Source: Podarcis bocagei | Lineage: Eukaryota | NCBI GenBank assembly: GCA_964188305.1 | Contig: OZ076893.1 | Direction: 5' to 3' (one strand) | DNA length: 64,000 nucleotides | In this document: positions 13,200-26,880 of the stretch, piece by piece | Layout: each line of letters starts with the position of its first letter | How positions within the stretch are numbered: position 1 is the stretch's first letter | Position numbers and translations under genes: made by a program | The notes under the pieces: generated by a model | What the model was told of the DNA's origin: nothing | What the model saw: the letters and a program-made list of their open reading frames with translations, nothing else | Databases searched by the model: none

Positions 13200-15620
13200 A
13201 TGGAGAGAAGACACAAGAAGAATGGCAGGGCACTCACAAGGCAAGTACAGCTTCTCTTAATATTCTTGCCCTCCTGCTGGGCTGCTTCAGAGCAGATTCA
13301 TTATTCAGTTCCTGAGGAAATGGCTAAGGGTTCAGTTGTGGGGAATATTGCCAAGGATTTGGGACTAAATGCCAAAGAACTAGGGAAACGCAACATGCAT
13401 GCTGTCTCAGTGGATGAAATGAAATATTTCACTATGAATGCAGAGAATGGAAACCTCTATGTAAATGACAGGATAGACCGGGAGGGAATATGTGGCAAAA
13501 ATCCGCTTTGCTTTATTAATTTTGAGATGGTAATTGAAAGCCCCTTGAATATTTTCCACATAACAATAGCAATCCAGGACATTAATGATAATGCACCACA
13601 GTTTTTCAATGGAAAAATCAACTTGGAGACAAGTGAACTTACTGTACCAGGCACACGATTTCTCCTCGGAGAAGCTGAAGATCCGGACATTGGGACAAAT
13701 TCTCTTCAGAATTACCATCTCAGCCCCAATCCATATTTCAGCCTTGATGTTAAAGAGAGTCAGGATGGAAATAAATTTGCAGACTTGGTGCTTCAGAAAC
13801 CACTAGATCGGGAAAGTGAACAGACCATTCACTTGATCCTCACAGCCTTGGATGGGGGTGAACCTAGGAAGACTGGAACTGCCCAGATATGGATTAATGT
13901 CACAGATGCCAATGACAACCCACCTATCTTCACCCAAGAGGTTTACAAGGTCAGTCTGAAGGAAAATGCTCCTGTTGGCTCCCTTGTGCTCCAGATTTTA
14001 GCCTCTGATAAAGATGAAGGTACAAATGCCAAAATCAGTTACCATTTCAGCAACATCCAAAAAAGTGCTCAGGGGAAATTCAACTTGCATTCTAGTAATG
14101 GCACAATCACTCTTTTGAGCCCATTAGACTTTGAGGAAACCAGAGAATATACTATGACAGTTGCGGCAAAAGATGGAGGTGGATTAGTAACACACTGTAA
14201 AGTAGAAATACAGATTATTGATGAGAATGACAATTTCCCAGAGGTAACTCTGGTTTCCTTATTTAGTCCAGTCCCAGAAGATTCTGTGTCTGGAACCTTA
14301 ATTGCTCTGATCAATGTAAAAGACAAAGACACTGGTGAGAATGGAAAGGTTAGTTGTTATTTGAAAAACGATCAGCCCTTCAAGATTGTTCCCTCGTCTA
14401 ACAATTACTTCAAACTCCTGACAGACAGCCCTTTGGACAGAGAAAAAACTCCTGCATATAATATCACAATCACAGCCACTGACAATGGAACTCCCCCACT
14501 GAACACCCATAAAGTCATCTTACTACAGATATCTGATATCAATGATAATGCCCCTTCCTTTGAGAAATCTTTGTATGCTATCTATGTGCCAGAAAACAAT
14601 CCTTCAGGTGCCTCCATTTTCACCATCAAAGCCTCTGATCCTGATATGGATCAGAACTCACGGATCACATACTCCATCCTCAACAGCAACATTGAGGAGC
14701 TTCCCATCTCCTCCTATATCTCCATTAATTCTGAGACCGGCACCATCTATGCCCAGAGATCCTTTGACTATGAACAATTCAGAGAGTTCCGGCTGCAAGT
14801 GAAGGCCCAAGATGGGGGTTCTCCCCCTCTCAGCAGCAATGTGACCGTCAGGGTGTTTGTTCTTGACAGGAATGATAACAGCCCTCGTATCCTGTCCCCC
14901 TCACAAGAAGCCAAGGGCTCAGCCTTGTTTGAGATGGTGCCTCGTTCGGCCGAGGCAGATTATCTTGTCACCAAGGTGGTGGCCGTGGATGCAGATTCTG
15001 GACACAACGCCTGGCTCTCCTACCACCTGACTCAGGCCACTGAGCCGGCACTCTTCACGGTTGGTTCTCATACTGGAGAGATCAGGACCGCCAGGGCCTT
15101 TGTGGAGAGAGACGCTGTGAAACAGAGACTGGTCATTATGGTGAAGGATAACGGGCAGCCGTCTCTCTCGGCCACCATGACTCTGAACCTGGTGTTTGCT
15201 GAGAACTTTCAGGAGGCCCTTCCGGAAATGAAGAGCCAACCCAGCAGCTCGGAGTATCAGTCTGACCTGCAGTTCTACTTGGTGCTGGCCTTAGCTGTGA
15301 TCTCCTTCTTGTTCCTCTTGACTGTCATTCTGGCCGTTACAATGAAGCTCCGTCACTCAGGGCATCCCAGGTTCCTACAGTGCTTTGGTCCTGTTCCCCA
15401 TTCCAAGAATGGTGCCATCTTCCCACCCAACTTTGAAGATGGGACTTTGCCCTATTCCTACCAGCTGTGTCTGTCTTCTGAGACCAGGAAGAATGAGTTT
15501 GCCTTCCTGACACCCAATGTTCAGATGGTAGACAATATTCTTAGCAGTGAGAAACCTAGTGTTCCTTTTACAGGCAATGAAGGAAACTATTTACATCCTG
15601 AGATGGAGAATATTGACAAG
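13200..15620 (+). CDS. PCDHGB: Protocadherin gamma-B-like variable exon V3
   Basis: Same architecture; donor AAG|GTAAAA after 15620 (807 codons, phase 0). Confidence 0.92.
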
Positions 15621-18600
15621 GTAAAAATTATTTTCATTGCACATCTCATAAACATTTTTACTGTATTGTGCATATTTATGCATATATGGGTCCCTCTGAC
15701 TTAAGTGGGGCTTTTTGCAGTCACATACTGAGATTTCAGTCTGACATATCTGTGACTCAAGTCTCATCTGTCAGCAATTGTGAACACTTTTCTGAAAAAT
15801 AGGCACACCTAACACTGTGTTATGTCATGCTGACTCTTTTATATCATGAGAACTTACCACTTACTTTGTGACTTTCAACTTTTCACTATCCTTCACCTTT
15901 TTTGTTAGTAAAGTGCAATGTGTCTCAAGTAGTTATGAAATTCTGTAGTTTGGCAAGTTCATTTTAATAAGAGAAAAAATCATGTGATTTTCAGGTTTCT
16001 TCTGTACTCCATGTTTCAATCTCTGATTTAGAGTTCTTTATTCCTTTCTGTAGAAAGTCGCTGACTTCTCCTTTCTAAAATCCTCAAGCTTAAATAGTGT
16101 TGTTTCCCCCTTCCAGCCTATTTACATATTAAGCCTCCTCTACTTCCTCTCTCTCCATCCTCACTGATTTCCAGAACTTTGAAGTTGTGTCACTCACAGT
16201 CCTCATATTACTTCTCTCCCACTTTGCTGAGTCTGCTTGCTGTTTTGTGTTCCTCCCTCGCTATGGTAAAGGTTACCAACTGCTTTTCTCAGTAAGCTGC
16301 TGAGAATCCCAATAATAAGGCTGTTGGTAACCTTGCTGGCTATACAGTGGTGAGGGTATAGCCAACAGTCCCAGCACCAGGCCTCATTTAACTGTTGCCA
16401 CGGATAATCCAATTATTTTTTAAAAAATGTTTAATAAAAATACATTTTAAAAAATGTTGACAGTGACCCATTTGCAATATCTCAGTGAACCATTTAAGCA
16501 CCCAAAGGCTCCAATTCTGTACATACTCTCCAAGGAGTAAGTCCCTCGGGTAAGCTCCAGGTAAACATTCATTTGGCTCATGCTGTTAATGATGTTAAAA
16601 CTACGAAGAGGACACATAAAATGGCCTTTGAACAAATGTTCTAACTATAGATGTTAAAATGGAACAGTCTAGGTTGCAATACAATTCAACATGTTAATAT
16701 TCCCTTCTGTTCAAAGAAAGCTACAATGCAAAAATTTGCTTATCAATATTTTTATGCTTAGAGACTTTTTGCAGATGTCCTCCAGCACTCACATACTCCA
16801 CGGATCACATACTCCATCCTCAACAGCAACATTGAGGAGCTTCCCATCTCCTCCTATATCTCCATTAATTCTGAGACCGGCACCATCTATGCCCAGAGAT
16901 CCTTTGACTATGAACAATTCAGAGAGTTCCGGCTGCAAGTGAAGGCCCAAGATGGGGGTTCTCCCCCTCTCAGCAGCAATGTGACCGTCAGAGTGTTTGT
17001 TCTTGACAGGAATGATAACAGCCCTCGTATCCTGTCCCCCTCACAAGAAGCCAAGGGCTCAGCCTTGTTTGAGATGGTGCCTCGTTCGGCCGAGGCAGAT
17101 TATCTTGTCACCAAGGTGGTGGCCGTGGATGCAGATTCTGGACACAACGCCTGGCTCTCCTACCACCTGACTCAGGCCACTGAGCCGGCACTCTTCACGG
17201 TTGGTTCTCATACTGGAGAGATCAGGACCGCCAGGGCCTTTGTGGAGAGAGACGCTGTGAAACAGAGACTGGTCATTATGGTGAAGGATAACGGGCAGCC
17301 GTCTCTCTCGGCCACCATGACTCTGAACCTGGTGTTTGCTGAGAACTTTCAGGAGGCCCTTCCGGAAATGAAGAGCCAACCCAGCAGCTCGGAGTATCAG
17401 TCTGACCTGCAGTTCTACTTGGTGCTGGCCTTAGCTGTGATCTCCTTCTTGTTCCTCTTGACTGTCATTCTGGCCGTTACAATGAAGCTCCGTCACTCAG
17501 GGCATCCCAGGTTCCTACAGTGCTTTGGTCCTGTTCCCCATTCCAAGAATGGTGCCATCTTCCCACCCAACTTTGAAGATGGGACTTTGCCCTATTCCTA
17601 CCAGCTGTGTCTGTCTTCTGAGACCAGGAAGAATGAGTTTGCCTTCCTGACACCCAATGTTCAGATGGTAGACAATATTCTTAGCAGTGAGAAACCTAGT
17701 GTTCCTTTTACAGGCAATGAAGGAAACTATTTACATCCTGAGATGGAGAATATTGACAAGGTAAAAATTATTTTCATTGCACATCTCATAAACATTTTTA
17801 CTGTATTGTGCATATTTATGCATATATGGGTCCCTCTGACTTAAGTGGGGCTTTTTGCAGTCACATACTGAGATTTCAGTCTGACATATCTGTGACTCAA
17901 GTCTCATCTGTCAGCAATTGTGAACACTTTTCTGAAAAATAGGCACACCTAACACTGTGTTATGTCATGCTGACTCTTTTATATCATGAGAACTTACCAC
18001 TTACTTTGTGACTTTCAACTTTTCACTATCCTTCACCTTTTTTGTTAGTAAAGTGCAATGTGTCTCAAGTAGTTATGAAATTCTGTAGTTTGGCAAGTTC
18101 ATTTTAATAAGAGAAAAAATCATGTGATTTTCAGGTTTCTTCTGTACTCCATGTTTCAATCTCTGATTTAGAGTTCTTTATTCCTTTCTGTAGAAAGTCG
18201 CTGACTTCTCCTTTCTAAAATCCTCAAGCTTAAATAGTGTTGTTTCCCCCTTCCAGCCTATTTACATATTAAGCCTCCTCTACTTCCTCTCTCTCCATCC
18301 TCACTGATTTCCAGAACTTTGAAGTTGTGTCACTCACAGTCCTCATATTACTTCTCTCCCACTTTGCTGAGTCTGCTTGCTGTTTTGTGTTCCTCCCTCG
18401 CTATGGTAAAGGTTACCAACTGCTTTTCTCAGTAAGCTGCTGAGAATCCCAATAATAAGGCTGTTGGTAACCTTGCTGGCTATACAGTGGTGAGGGTATA
18501 GCCAACAGTCCCAGCACCAGGCCTCATTTAACTGTTGCCACGGATAATCCAATTATTTTTTAAAAAATGTTTAATAAAAATACATTTTAAAAAATGTTGA

Positions 18601-18931
18601 CAGTGACCCATTTGCAATATCTCAGTGAACCATTTAAGCACCCAAAGGCTCCAATTCTGTACATACTCTCCAAGGAGTAAGTCCCTCGGGTAAGCTCCAG
18701 GTAAACATTCATTTGGCTCATGCTGTTAATGATGTTAAAACTACGAAGAGGACACATAAAATGGCCTTTGAACAAATGTTCTAACTATAGATGTTAAAAT
18801 GGAACAGTCTAGGTTGCAATACAATTCAACATGTTAATATTCCCTTCTGTTCAAAGAAAGCTACAATGCAAAAATTTGCTTATCAATATTTTTATGCTTA
18901 GAGACTTTTTGCAGATGTCCTCCAGCACTCA
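14659..18931 (+). repeat. Near-perfect tandem duplication, period 2,140 bp
   Basis: 14659-16791 matches 16799-18931 with a 7-nt junction catactc; one difference seen by eye (14852 G vs 16992 A). Confidence 0.95.
16799..17760 (+). pseudogene. 5'-truncated, promoterless duplicate of the V3 3' half (part of EC5, EC6, TM, tail, splice donor)
   Basis: Copy of 14659-15620 at offset +2140. No CSE, signal peptide or EC1-4; in-frame TAG at 16759-16761 upstream. The listed ORF at 16939 starts at an internal GTG. Confidence 0.85.
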
Positions 18932-19960
18932 TTGGTGAAACTGATGTCTTGTGTTATACTATTTACGAACAATTTGCAAACATTCTTAAGTTTTGTGGTT
19001 AGTTGGATATGTTTCAGAATCAGATGCCTTTAGAGCTCATGCATTCAGAAGACATTCATACGTCCCTCCCTTGGTGCATTAGACTAGAAAGGACAAATGA
19101 AGGGTGAAATAAATCGCAGTTCCTCTCTTACTGCTTCCTTTATCATGTGATGCCACCTGGAGACTAACGCATAGATGAGAGTGCTTTGACGAAGCATGTG
19201 ATCTGCATAGAATTGTTGTTGATACACCATCAGGGTACATGGTACTCTGCAGAGGTGCCCAATATCTGTGAAACCACTTTCTTCCATATCAGTCTGCCCA
19301 TGCTTTAGCAGATGAGGCCCTCTTGGTGGTCTCTAAACAGGATGGTGCAAGGCCCAGGGGAGGGCAGTGTCAGTGGTAGCTCCTCACATGTGAAACTCCC
19401 TCCCTTCTAAGGTGTATCTAGTCCCATATCTATATAATTTTAGGTGGCTAGTTAAGGCAAACTTTTTTCAGGTGATGTTTGGAGAAGGAGAGACTTGATT
19501 AGAAAAAAAAGTGTTTAGTTTGCTGTTGCTATTAGGAAATTGCTACTTAGTTGAATTGTTATGAGTTGCCATGTTTTCCATTTAAAAATTTGTACTAGTC
19601 TATGGATTTTATATATTGATTTTATTTTATTTTATTTTATTTTATCTGATTGTAAACCTGTGGCTTGAAATGTAGTGTATAAATCAAGTAGATAAATAAG
19701 CAAAAAATAGACAAATCTCTTCCTCCAAGGAGCAAGTTGTCTGACATGCACAAGGGGTGGGGAATGGAATGATTAAAGATGAATGGTAATAAATACATTT
19801 TTACATGTGCTTAATTACCATGTTACTCTATCTAACTTTTGAATCCACGAATATGTATCCATGCATAGTTTCTGGAGCCTGGAAAATAAGTGCCCTAAAA
19901 TGTGAATTATAACAAAATTCTGTATCCGTCATCTTGTATATTCATATAATTTTATCATTT

Positions 19961-20013
19961 ATATTCCCACTTCCCACACATATGCAATATTCCCACTTCC
20001 CACACATATGCAA
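19961..20013. repeat. 26-bp perfect tandem repeat, two copies
   Basis: atattcccacttcccacacatatgca occurs twice in tandem. Confidence 0.9.
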
Positions 20014-20582
20014 GTTTCAACATTGTACTGAGCTGTTCATTTCTGGAGTGATCCAGCTCTCTGTTTGTTCAAACTGAAGGTAGGACATAGAGGCTTCCAT
20101 GGATCTTTGCCAGGAACAATATTATCTGGGGACCACATCTGTATGAGGACAGCACTATGGGCATGTCAAGTGTCAAGATGCATGGTGTGGTTAAAGGGGG
20201 GTCTTTTCTAGAGCATTCAACACTGCAAACACCATCTGGCACAGACACTCAGAATGCTTACTGACAGTCAGTTTGCCTGGGCCAGGAAGAGCAACCTGCA
20301 AGGATAGAGTGACTGATGAATGAGATGGGCAGGCAAGGTGGGTCTCCAAAGCTCATACAAAAACAAGTTTTGTATATGTAGAGGTCTCAGACTGTGAATC
20401 CAACTAGAGTCCAATTCTCATGGCACACTCACTCCCATGAATCAGGTGGCAACGGTTATGATCTGGTGCTGAGGTCTTTCTGCTGCTTTCAGTATTTTAA
20501 ATGAAGTTACATAACTATTTCAGCTATGTTCCTAGAACTGTGCAGCTAGAATATAAATGTTAATAGTATTGCAGTATTGTCA

Positions 20583-20710
20583 GCCTGGATAGCTCAGTTG
20601 GTTAGAGTATGATGCTGATGATGCCAAGGCTGTAGGTTCTATTCCTGTATGGGACAGCTGCATATTCCTGCATTGCAGGGGATTGGACTAGATGATTCTA
20701 TGATTCTATG
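20583..20710 (+). mobile_element. tRNA-derived SINE with a CR1-type 3' tail
   Basis: A-box tagctcagttgg, decayed B-box ggttctattcc, then ggactagatg and an (ATTCTATG)2 tail. Confidence 0.75.
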
Positions 20711-21364
20711 TCACAACAGTATTTGAGGATACATTGACAAACAGTTCAAACTTTGGCCAAACTGTTATTTAGCACTCATGCACGCCATTATGTATTCACC
20801 TTAAACCCAGGCCAACATTTTAGTGACAAATGATAACAAAGTTAACTATTTTTAAAGGTCTCTGTTTTATTCATCTCTCTGTATTTTGTACCCTGTAAGT
20901 GGCATGCATAAAATGAATTAGAAAAATAACCACCAGTGCGGTTTTACAAGTGTTTGTGCAAGCGTTTAGAGAAGAGTTTGGAGTAAGTAGCAAGGACTTT
21001 TTTAGTCCTCTGTTGGAAGTGGTCCCAGGGGACCTGGGATTCTGCAGACCTTCGCCTCTGAGCAGAGAAGGTTATCTAACAGCAGTGAGGAAGCTCCACT
21101 GGAGAGGTCCTTCCTTGACCAGTGACAGAATGCTCCGTTGCCATAGCTGTATTGCAGGCAGTGCTCTATGGGTGGAAAAGGCAAGAAGGGGGTCTCCAGG
21201 GAGGCTTTAGATTCCCTTGTTTCCCAGACCTACTCAAGGATGGAATAGGTGGGAAACTACACCAGCCCTGGAGTTATTTTCCTTCCCTGTGGAACCATTA
21301 TTTTTTTTTACAAGAAAGAAAATGGGGAGAGTAAAGAAGCCACCTCATATCTTATGCCCTATTC

Positions 21365-21885
21365 CAGTGTTTCCCAATCGGTGTTCCGCGGCACACGAGT
21401 GTGCCGTGAGACGTTGCCTCGTGTGCCGCGAGATGCCTGGAGGGAGGCAGGCGAGTCGGGCGGCGAGAGGCGGGGCGGCGGCGGCGAGGAGAGGCTGCGC
21501 CTCCTGCTGCTGCCTGGCGCTCCTCCTCGCAGCCGGCAGCGCTGCCTGGGCGCCTCCGCGCGACTCTGCCTCGCTGGGTTTGGTCTCCCAGCAGAGACGG
21601 GTCACACGCGCACCTCCCTCCCTCCCTCAGCCTGCGCGGAGGGAGAGCCAGAGAGAGGCATCGCTCCTGCGCGGCGGGAGAGGGAGCAGCCGGAGTGATG
21701 CCCCAAACGAGCTGAATTCCGAGCGAGGGACTGAGGGGGGAGGGAAAAAACTTTCACTTTCGTGCGTCCTCCCGGCGTGACGCTGCGCGCTGACGTCACG
21801 GGGCGGGGCTTTAATGGTGGTGTGCCGCGAGATTTTTTTTCAGTAAACAGGTGTGCCGTTGCCCAAAAAAGTTTGGGAAACACTG
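21365..21885. mobile_element. Non-autonomous hAT-type DNA transposon with GC-rich cargo (521 bp)
   Basis: TIR cagtgtttcccaa / ttgggaaacactg; 8-bp TSD ccctattc at 21357-21364 and 21886-21893. Confidence 0.92.
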
Positions 21886-22322
21886 CCCTATTCATCACTT
21901 GGTTCCTCTGCTACAGTTATCTCTGCCATCCCTGCTGCCTATCCAACCTCCATAGGATTGTTCTGTTAGTTGCTCACATTTTCATTAAAAATAGTAATAT
22001 CACTGAATTTTATTAAATGTATTGTTTTACAGAGGAGGGCTGGACATAGAAGTTGCATTAATTGTCTACAAAATGTTTTTGAGTGCTAACAATCTCTTCC
22101 ATCAGTTATCTGTGGAAGTACAGAGGGAAGATGGAAAAGTTGAGGGATGGGGAGGTTGTTGCATCTCTAAAGCACTTGAAATATATTTCCATTTCCTGCT
22201 ACTGTAAAAGCAAAACACCAGAAAGTAGTTACAAATCAAGAAAACCTTCTCATACTGCCTTTGAAAATAGATTGCTCTTGTATTCTACATCTAAGCACTA
22301 GAGGAAGGGGGAAAACAGCACA

Positions 22323-22363
22323 TGAAGTTCTCCATCTCAGACTCAGAGTGTCGCTGTTGGCTA
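22323..22363 (+). promoter_or_regulatory. CSE/CTCF site of V4
   Basis: tgaagttctccatctcagactcagagtGTCGCTGTTGGCTA (CGCT box). Confidence 0.88.
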
Positions 22364-22637
22364 ATGCAGTTCTCATGGTGCTGCATGGAATCTGCTAAGC
22401 GATGCTTCCTGCAGTGCTGTTGTTTAGTCACAGACTGCAGAACTGGGAGATAGTAGAACACAGGGACATGAAAACACTTTTGCTAAGGAAATAAAACCCA
22501 CTGCAACATATAGAAAGGGACAGTGACTGCTTTTATACTTCCTTGTTGTGGATTTGTGGGTCTTGATGGGAACTTGAGAATCTCCATCTAATGAAAATAT
22601 GCAAGAAAAGAATAAAGCAATTGTCTCACCAAATCAG

Positions 22638-25058
22638 ATGGACAACAGGCACAAAGAGAAAAATGGGTCGGTAAAAAGGCAAGTACCACTCCTCTTGTTA
22701 TTGTCCTTGTTGTGCCAGACTGCCTCAGAGCACGTTCAGTATTCTATCGCTGAGGAAATGGAAAAAGGCTCCATTGTAGGAAATCTTGCCAAAGATTTGG
22801 AGCTGAATGCTGGAGAAATAGCAAATCGCAATCTGCATATCCTTTCCCTAGGTAAAAAGCAATATTTCTCTCTCAGTGCAGAAAATGGGAATCTATATGT
22901 AAATGACAGGATAGACAGAGAAGGAATATGTGGAAGCAGTGCATACTGCCTCATTAGTTTTGAAGTGATGGTTGAAAATCCTATGAATATTTTTCATGTT
23001 ACTGTACAGATCCAGGATATCAATGATAATGCACCACATTTTGTAAATGAGAATATCAAACTAGAGACAAGTGAATTCACTTTGCCAGGAGCCCGATTTG
23101 TGCTTGGGTTTGCTGAAGATCCAGATGTTGGAATAAACTCTCTCCAGAATTACCACCTTATGCCCAATCAATATTTCATAGTAGAAGCTAGAGAGAGAGA
23201 AGATGGGAAGAAATATGCAGAAATAGTACTGAATAAACAGTTGGATCGAGAAAGTGAAAGCAGTTTCCATTTAATTCTTATGGCTCTGGATGGAGGGAAG
23301 CCTGCCAAAACTGGGACTGCCACAATATGGATCAGTGTCATTGATGCAAATGATAATTCACCAATCTTCACACAAGAAGTGTACAAGGTCTGTCTTAAAG
23401 AGAATACCCCAAAAGGATCTTCAGTAATACAAGTGAAAGCCACAGATAGAGATGAAGGCTCAAATGGTCATATCACGTATAGTTTTAGCAACATCCCTGA
23501 AAACGCTCGCAAAAAATTCTTCCTAAATTCCCAAAATGGGACAATTACAGTTAAGGAGTTGTTGGACTACGAAGAAGCAGAGAAATATGCAATGACAGTA
23601 GAAGCAAGAGACGGAGGTGGATTAGTGACTCATTGCAGTGTTGAAATAAAGCTATTAGATGAGAATGACAATGCCCCAGAAGTGATCCTAGCTTCCTTAT
23701 CCAGCCCAATTCCTGAAGATTCTGCAATAGGAACCCTGGTAGCCCTTATCAATGTAAACGATAAAGATTCTGGAGACAATGGGAACATTACTTGTCATTT
23801 ACAAAGTCATTGGCAATTTAAAATAATTGCTACATCCAATAACTTCTATAAGTTGGTTACAGATGCCCCCTTGGACAGAGAAAGCACTCCAGAATACAAT
23901 ATCACAATTATAGCCACAGACAAAGGTGCACCACCTCTTTCCACCCACAGAACCATCTCCCTGCAGATTTCAGATATCAATGATAACCCCCCAGCTTTTG
24001 AAAAATCTTCCTATGTCACCTACTTGTCAGAGAACAATCCAGCTGGAACTTCCATTTTCCGTGTAAAGGCTACAGATGCAGATCTAGAGTACAACTCGCA
24101 AATCACTTATTCTCTGCTCAATAGTAATATGGAGAACCTGCCTCTGTCCTCTTATATCTCCATTAACTCAGAAAATGGCATGATCTATGCCCAACGCTCC
24201 TTTGACTATGAGCAAATCAGGGAGTTCCAGTTCCAAGTGAAAGCACAAGATGGTGGCTCCCCACCACTCAGCAGAAACACCACAGTGAAAGTGTTCATTG
24301 TGGATCAGAATGATAACAATCCTCAAATCCTCTACCCTTCACAGGAAGTCAAGGGTTCATCCTTGTTTGAGATGGTGCCTCGCTCAGCAGAAGAAGATTA
24401 TCTGGTGACCAAGGTAGTGGCAGTAGATGCTGATTCTGGACATAACGCCTGGCTCTCTTACCACCTGCTTCAGGCTACAGAGCCAGCATTGTTCAGAATT
24501 GGGTCCCACACTGGGGAGATCAGGACCTCACGGGCTTTTCTGGAAAGAGATGCTGTGAAGCAGAAGCTCATCATCTTAGTCAAGGATAATGGGCAGCCAC
24601 CACTATCTGCTACTGTGAGTCTCAACCTGGTGTTTGCTGAGAACTTCCAAGAGGCACTCCCAGAAGTGAGCAGTGAAAGTATTGATTCACATAATCAATC
24701 TGACCTACAGTTTTATTTAGTACTGACTTTAGCTGTGATTTCATTCTTATTTCTCCTTACGGTGATTCTGGCAGTTGTTACGAAGCTTCGCACATCAAGC
24801 AGTCCTCAGTTCCTTCAGTGCTTTGGTCCTACTCCTTTTTCAAAGGCTGGTACCGTATTCCCACCGAATTTTGAAGAAGGGACTTTGCCCTACACCTACC
24901 AGCTCTGTCTGTCCTCAGAGACCAGGAAAAATGAGTTTGCATTCCTGACACCTAACGTTCAGATTGCAGACAATGTTATCTGTGATGACAAAACTGCTCC
25001 ACCTTTTACAGGCAGCAGAGAAAACCATTTTAATTCTGAGATGGATAATGCAAACATG
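22638..25058 (+). CDS. PCDHGB: Protocadherin gamma-B-like variable exon V4
   Basis: Start placed at MDNRHKEK by alignment with paralogues (an in-frame ATG at 22599 would add 13 aa); donor ATG|GTGAGT after 25058 (807 codons). Confidence 0.9.
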
Positions 25059-26714
25059 GTGAGTTTTCATTCTAGCTTTATTCACATTATCTCCTGCACT
25101 ACTTTTAAACTGTGTCTATATATGAAGAACTATATTGTAGATAGTGGATGTATCTTCCAATAGATTCATAATGATGTACAGTCTGAGGAAAAGAAATATA
25201 ATTTCTTTTATAACAGATGCTAAATAGTCCTTGTTTTTCTAGTTGCTTCAGCTTTAATGAAGCAATCATTTTATCTATATTAATTCTGACTAATCCTACT
25301 GTCGTTATAGACGTGCTCTGTAGTTACTTATTTACAGATCTACATATTGCCATCTATATGGATACTTAATAAGGCGGTTAAATGTGCATATATGTCACAG
25401 TCTGGAAGTGACGGGAGTGGAGAAGGAGGAAGGAAGAGGAAGTGATAAATAATTTTGGATCCCACCCACTTAGTTCACATCTTATGATATCATTTCATAG
25501 CACCCCTGTGTGCAATGAAAATTGGGTTGCTTTATAATGTCTGCCATTTGATACGGGAATATTCTTTCACCTTTAATTGCAGTGAATACTAGAGGAATTA
25601 TTTATACACCTAATAGATAATTAGCAATGTCTTCAGTTTTCATTTGTTCTAATAGCTTGTACCTGCCCAAATTCCCAATCCTCAACTTAGAATTGAAACA
25701 ATCATCACCCTTCTGTGATGTTGGGCTGTGCCATTTAAAATTTTGGATAGAGGAATCTAATATTTGAAGATTCCACACATTAACCAAATAACTTCCTACC
25801 CAAACAAAATGATCAGGTGAGGAAAGAGGCAAAAACTAACTTAGCACTGACAAGCTAGGGTGGGCATTCAGGTTCAGATCCAGTTATCTGTGTGTGGATA
25901 CTTTGTTGCTGGATGAAGGTGGATGCATATTCCAAACATTCTGCAAAGCTTTTTTCTTAACTTATTTCAGAGATAGGGTGGTGGTAATTTTCTCCATATT
26001 TTTGAATTAGTTTGGTCACTCATTTCGAATCATTTGCTATAATTCTACACTTTTATGATTTTTTTTTTAAAAAAAGGAAAAAAGAATCAGTTTTCAAACC
26101 AGTTTAGAAAGAAAGAGATGATAAAGATTTCAGAGAAGCAGAGAATTTGAGAATACTTGATGCAGTTTTAGATGACAAAATCAGAATTGGATAATTCATG
26201 TCATGCTTAGCATCACAACACAGTATAAGATAAAATGTTTTCCCCCCTAAACACTTGACAGAATCACATTCCTACAGACATGCTTGATGTCAGATGAAGC
26301 TTCTAGAAATGTAGTGCTTATAGAAAGAAAGTTCTTGTGGTGTAGTTGTTTGACTGTTGGACTAGGGGCCGCTTGAGACAACCTGTTTATTGAGAAGTCA
26401 TCCTGATTTCCTTGCACAAAGCTTACTGGGGAGGTTAGACTATACAGTATCTTTATTGCACACTTGTTCTGATTTGTTTGCAGGGAGGTTCTGTGACAAT
26501 GAGCATGGATCCTGATTTGTTTCTGCAGCATTTATGCATCTTCCCATGAATCATTCATTCACCTCACTCTTTCCAGTGCATTTCCCTAGCACTTGCCTAA
26601 CCACAAAAAGTCCCATTTTTTTACAAACAGATTTGTTGTGCAATGGCATCAGAGCACTTCAGTTGAGTTTAATTGTGTGCTTGAATCCCTCCCACAAAGT
26701 TCTGAAAGTTTGGA

Positions 26715-26880
26715 GATGAAAGGATTGGGGAGAGATAGGTTAAAATCCTCACTCAGCCATGAAGCTCACTGGGTGAACTTGAGCCTGTCACTGACCTATC
26801 AACCTAACCAACATCATTTGCACTGTGAAGAGAAAAGAGGGCTGGGGGCCATGTAAGCTCACTGGAGGAAAGGCAAAATA
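26715..26880 (+). mobile_element. Old MIR/CORE-like SINE remnant
   Basis: ggttaaaatcctcactcagccatgaagctcactgggtga...ggaggaaagg; similar to 31925-32130. Boundaries approximate. Confidence 0.5.

Noticed and set aside
20313-20358. Second hammerhead-like motif (ctgatga...caaagctcatac)
   Set aside because: The GAAA core reads CAAA and the stems are poor; at most a dead Penelope relic.
20583-20655. tRNA gene
   Set aside because: Stems are broken and it continues into a LINE-derived tail, so it is a SINE head. The same applies to 11060-11138.
21217-21780. 187-aa and other overlapping GC-rich ORFs (also 45338-45909 and 33292-33698) as novel genes
   Set aside because: They coincide with GC-rich transposon or repeat interiors where stops are rare in all frames, and most lack an ATG start or cross element boundaries.
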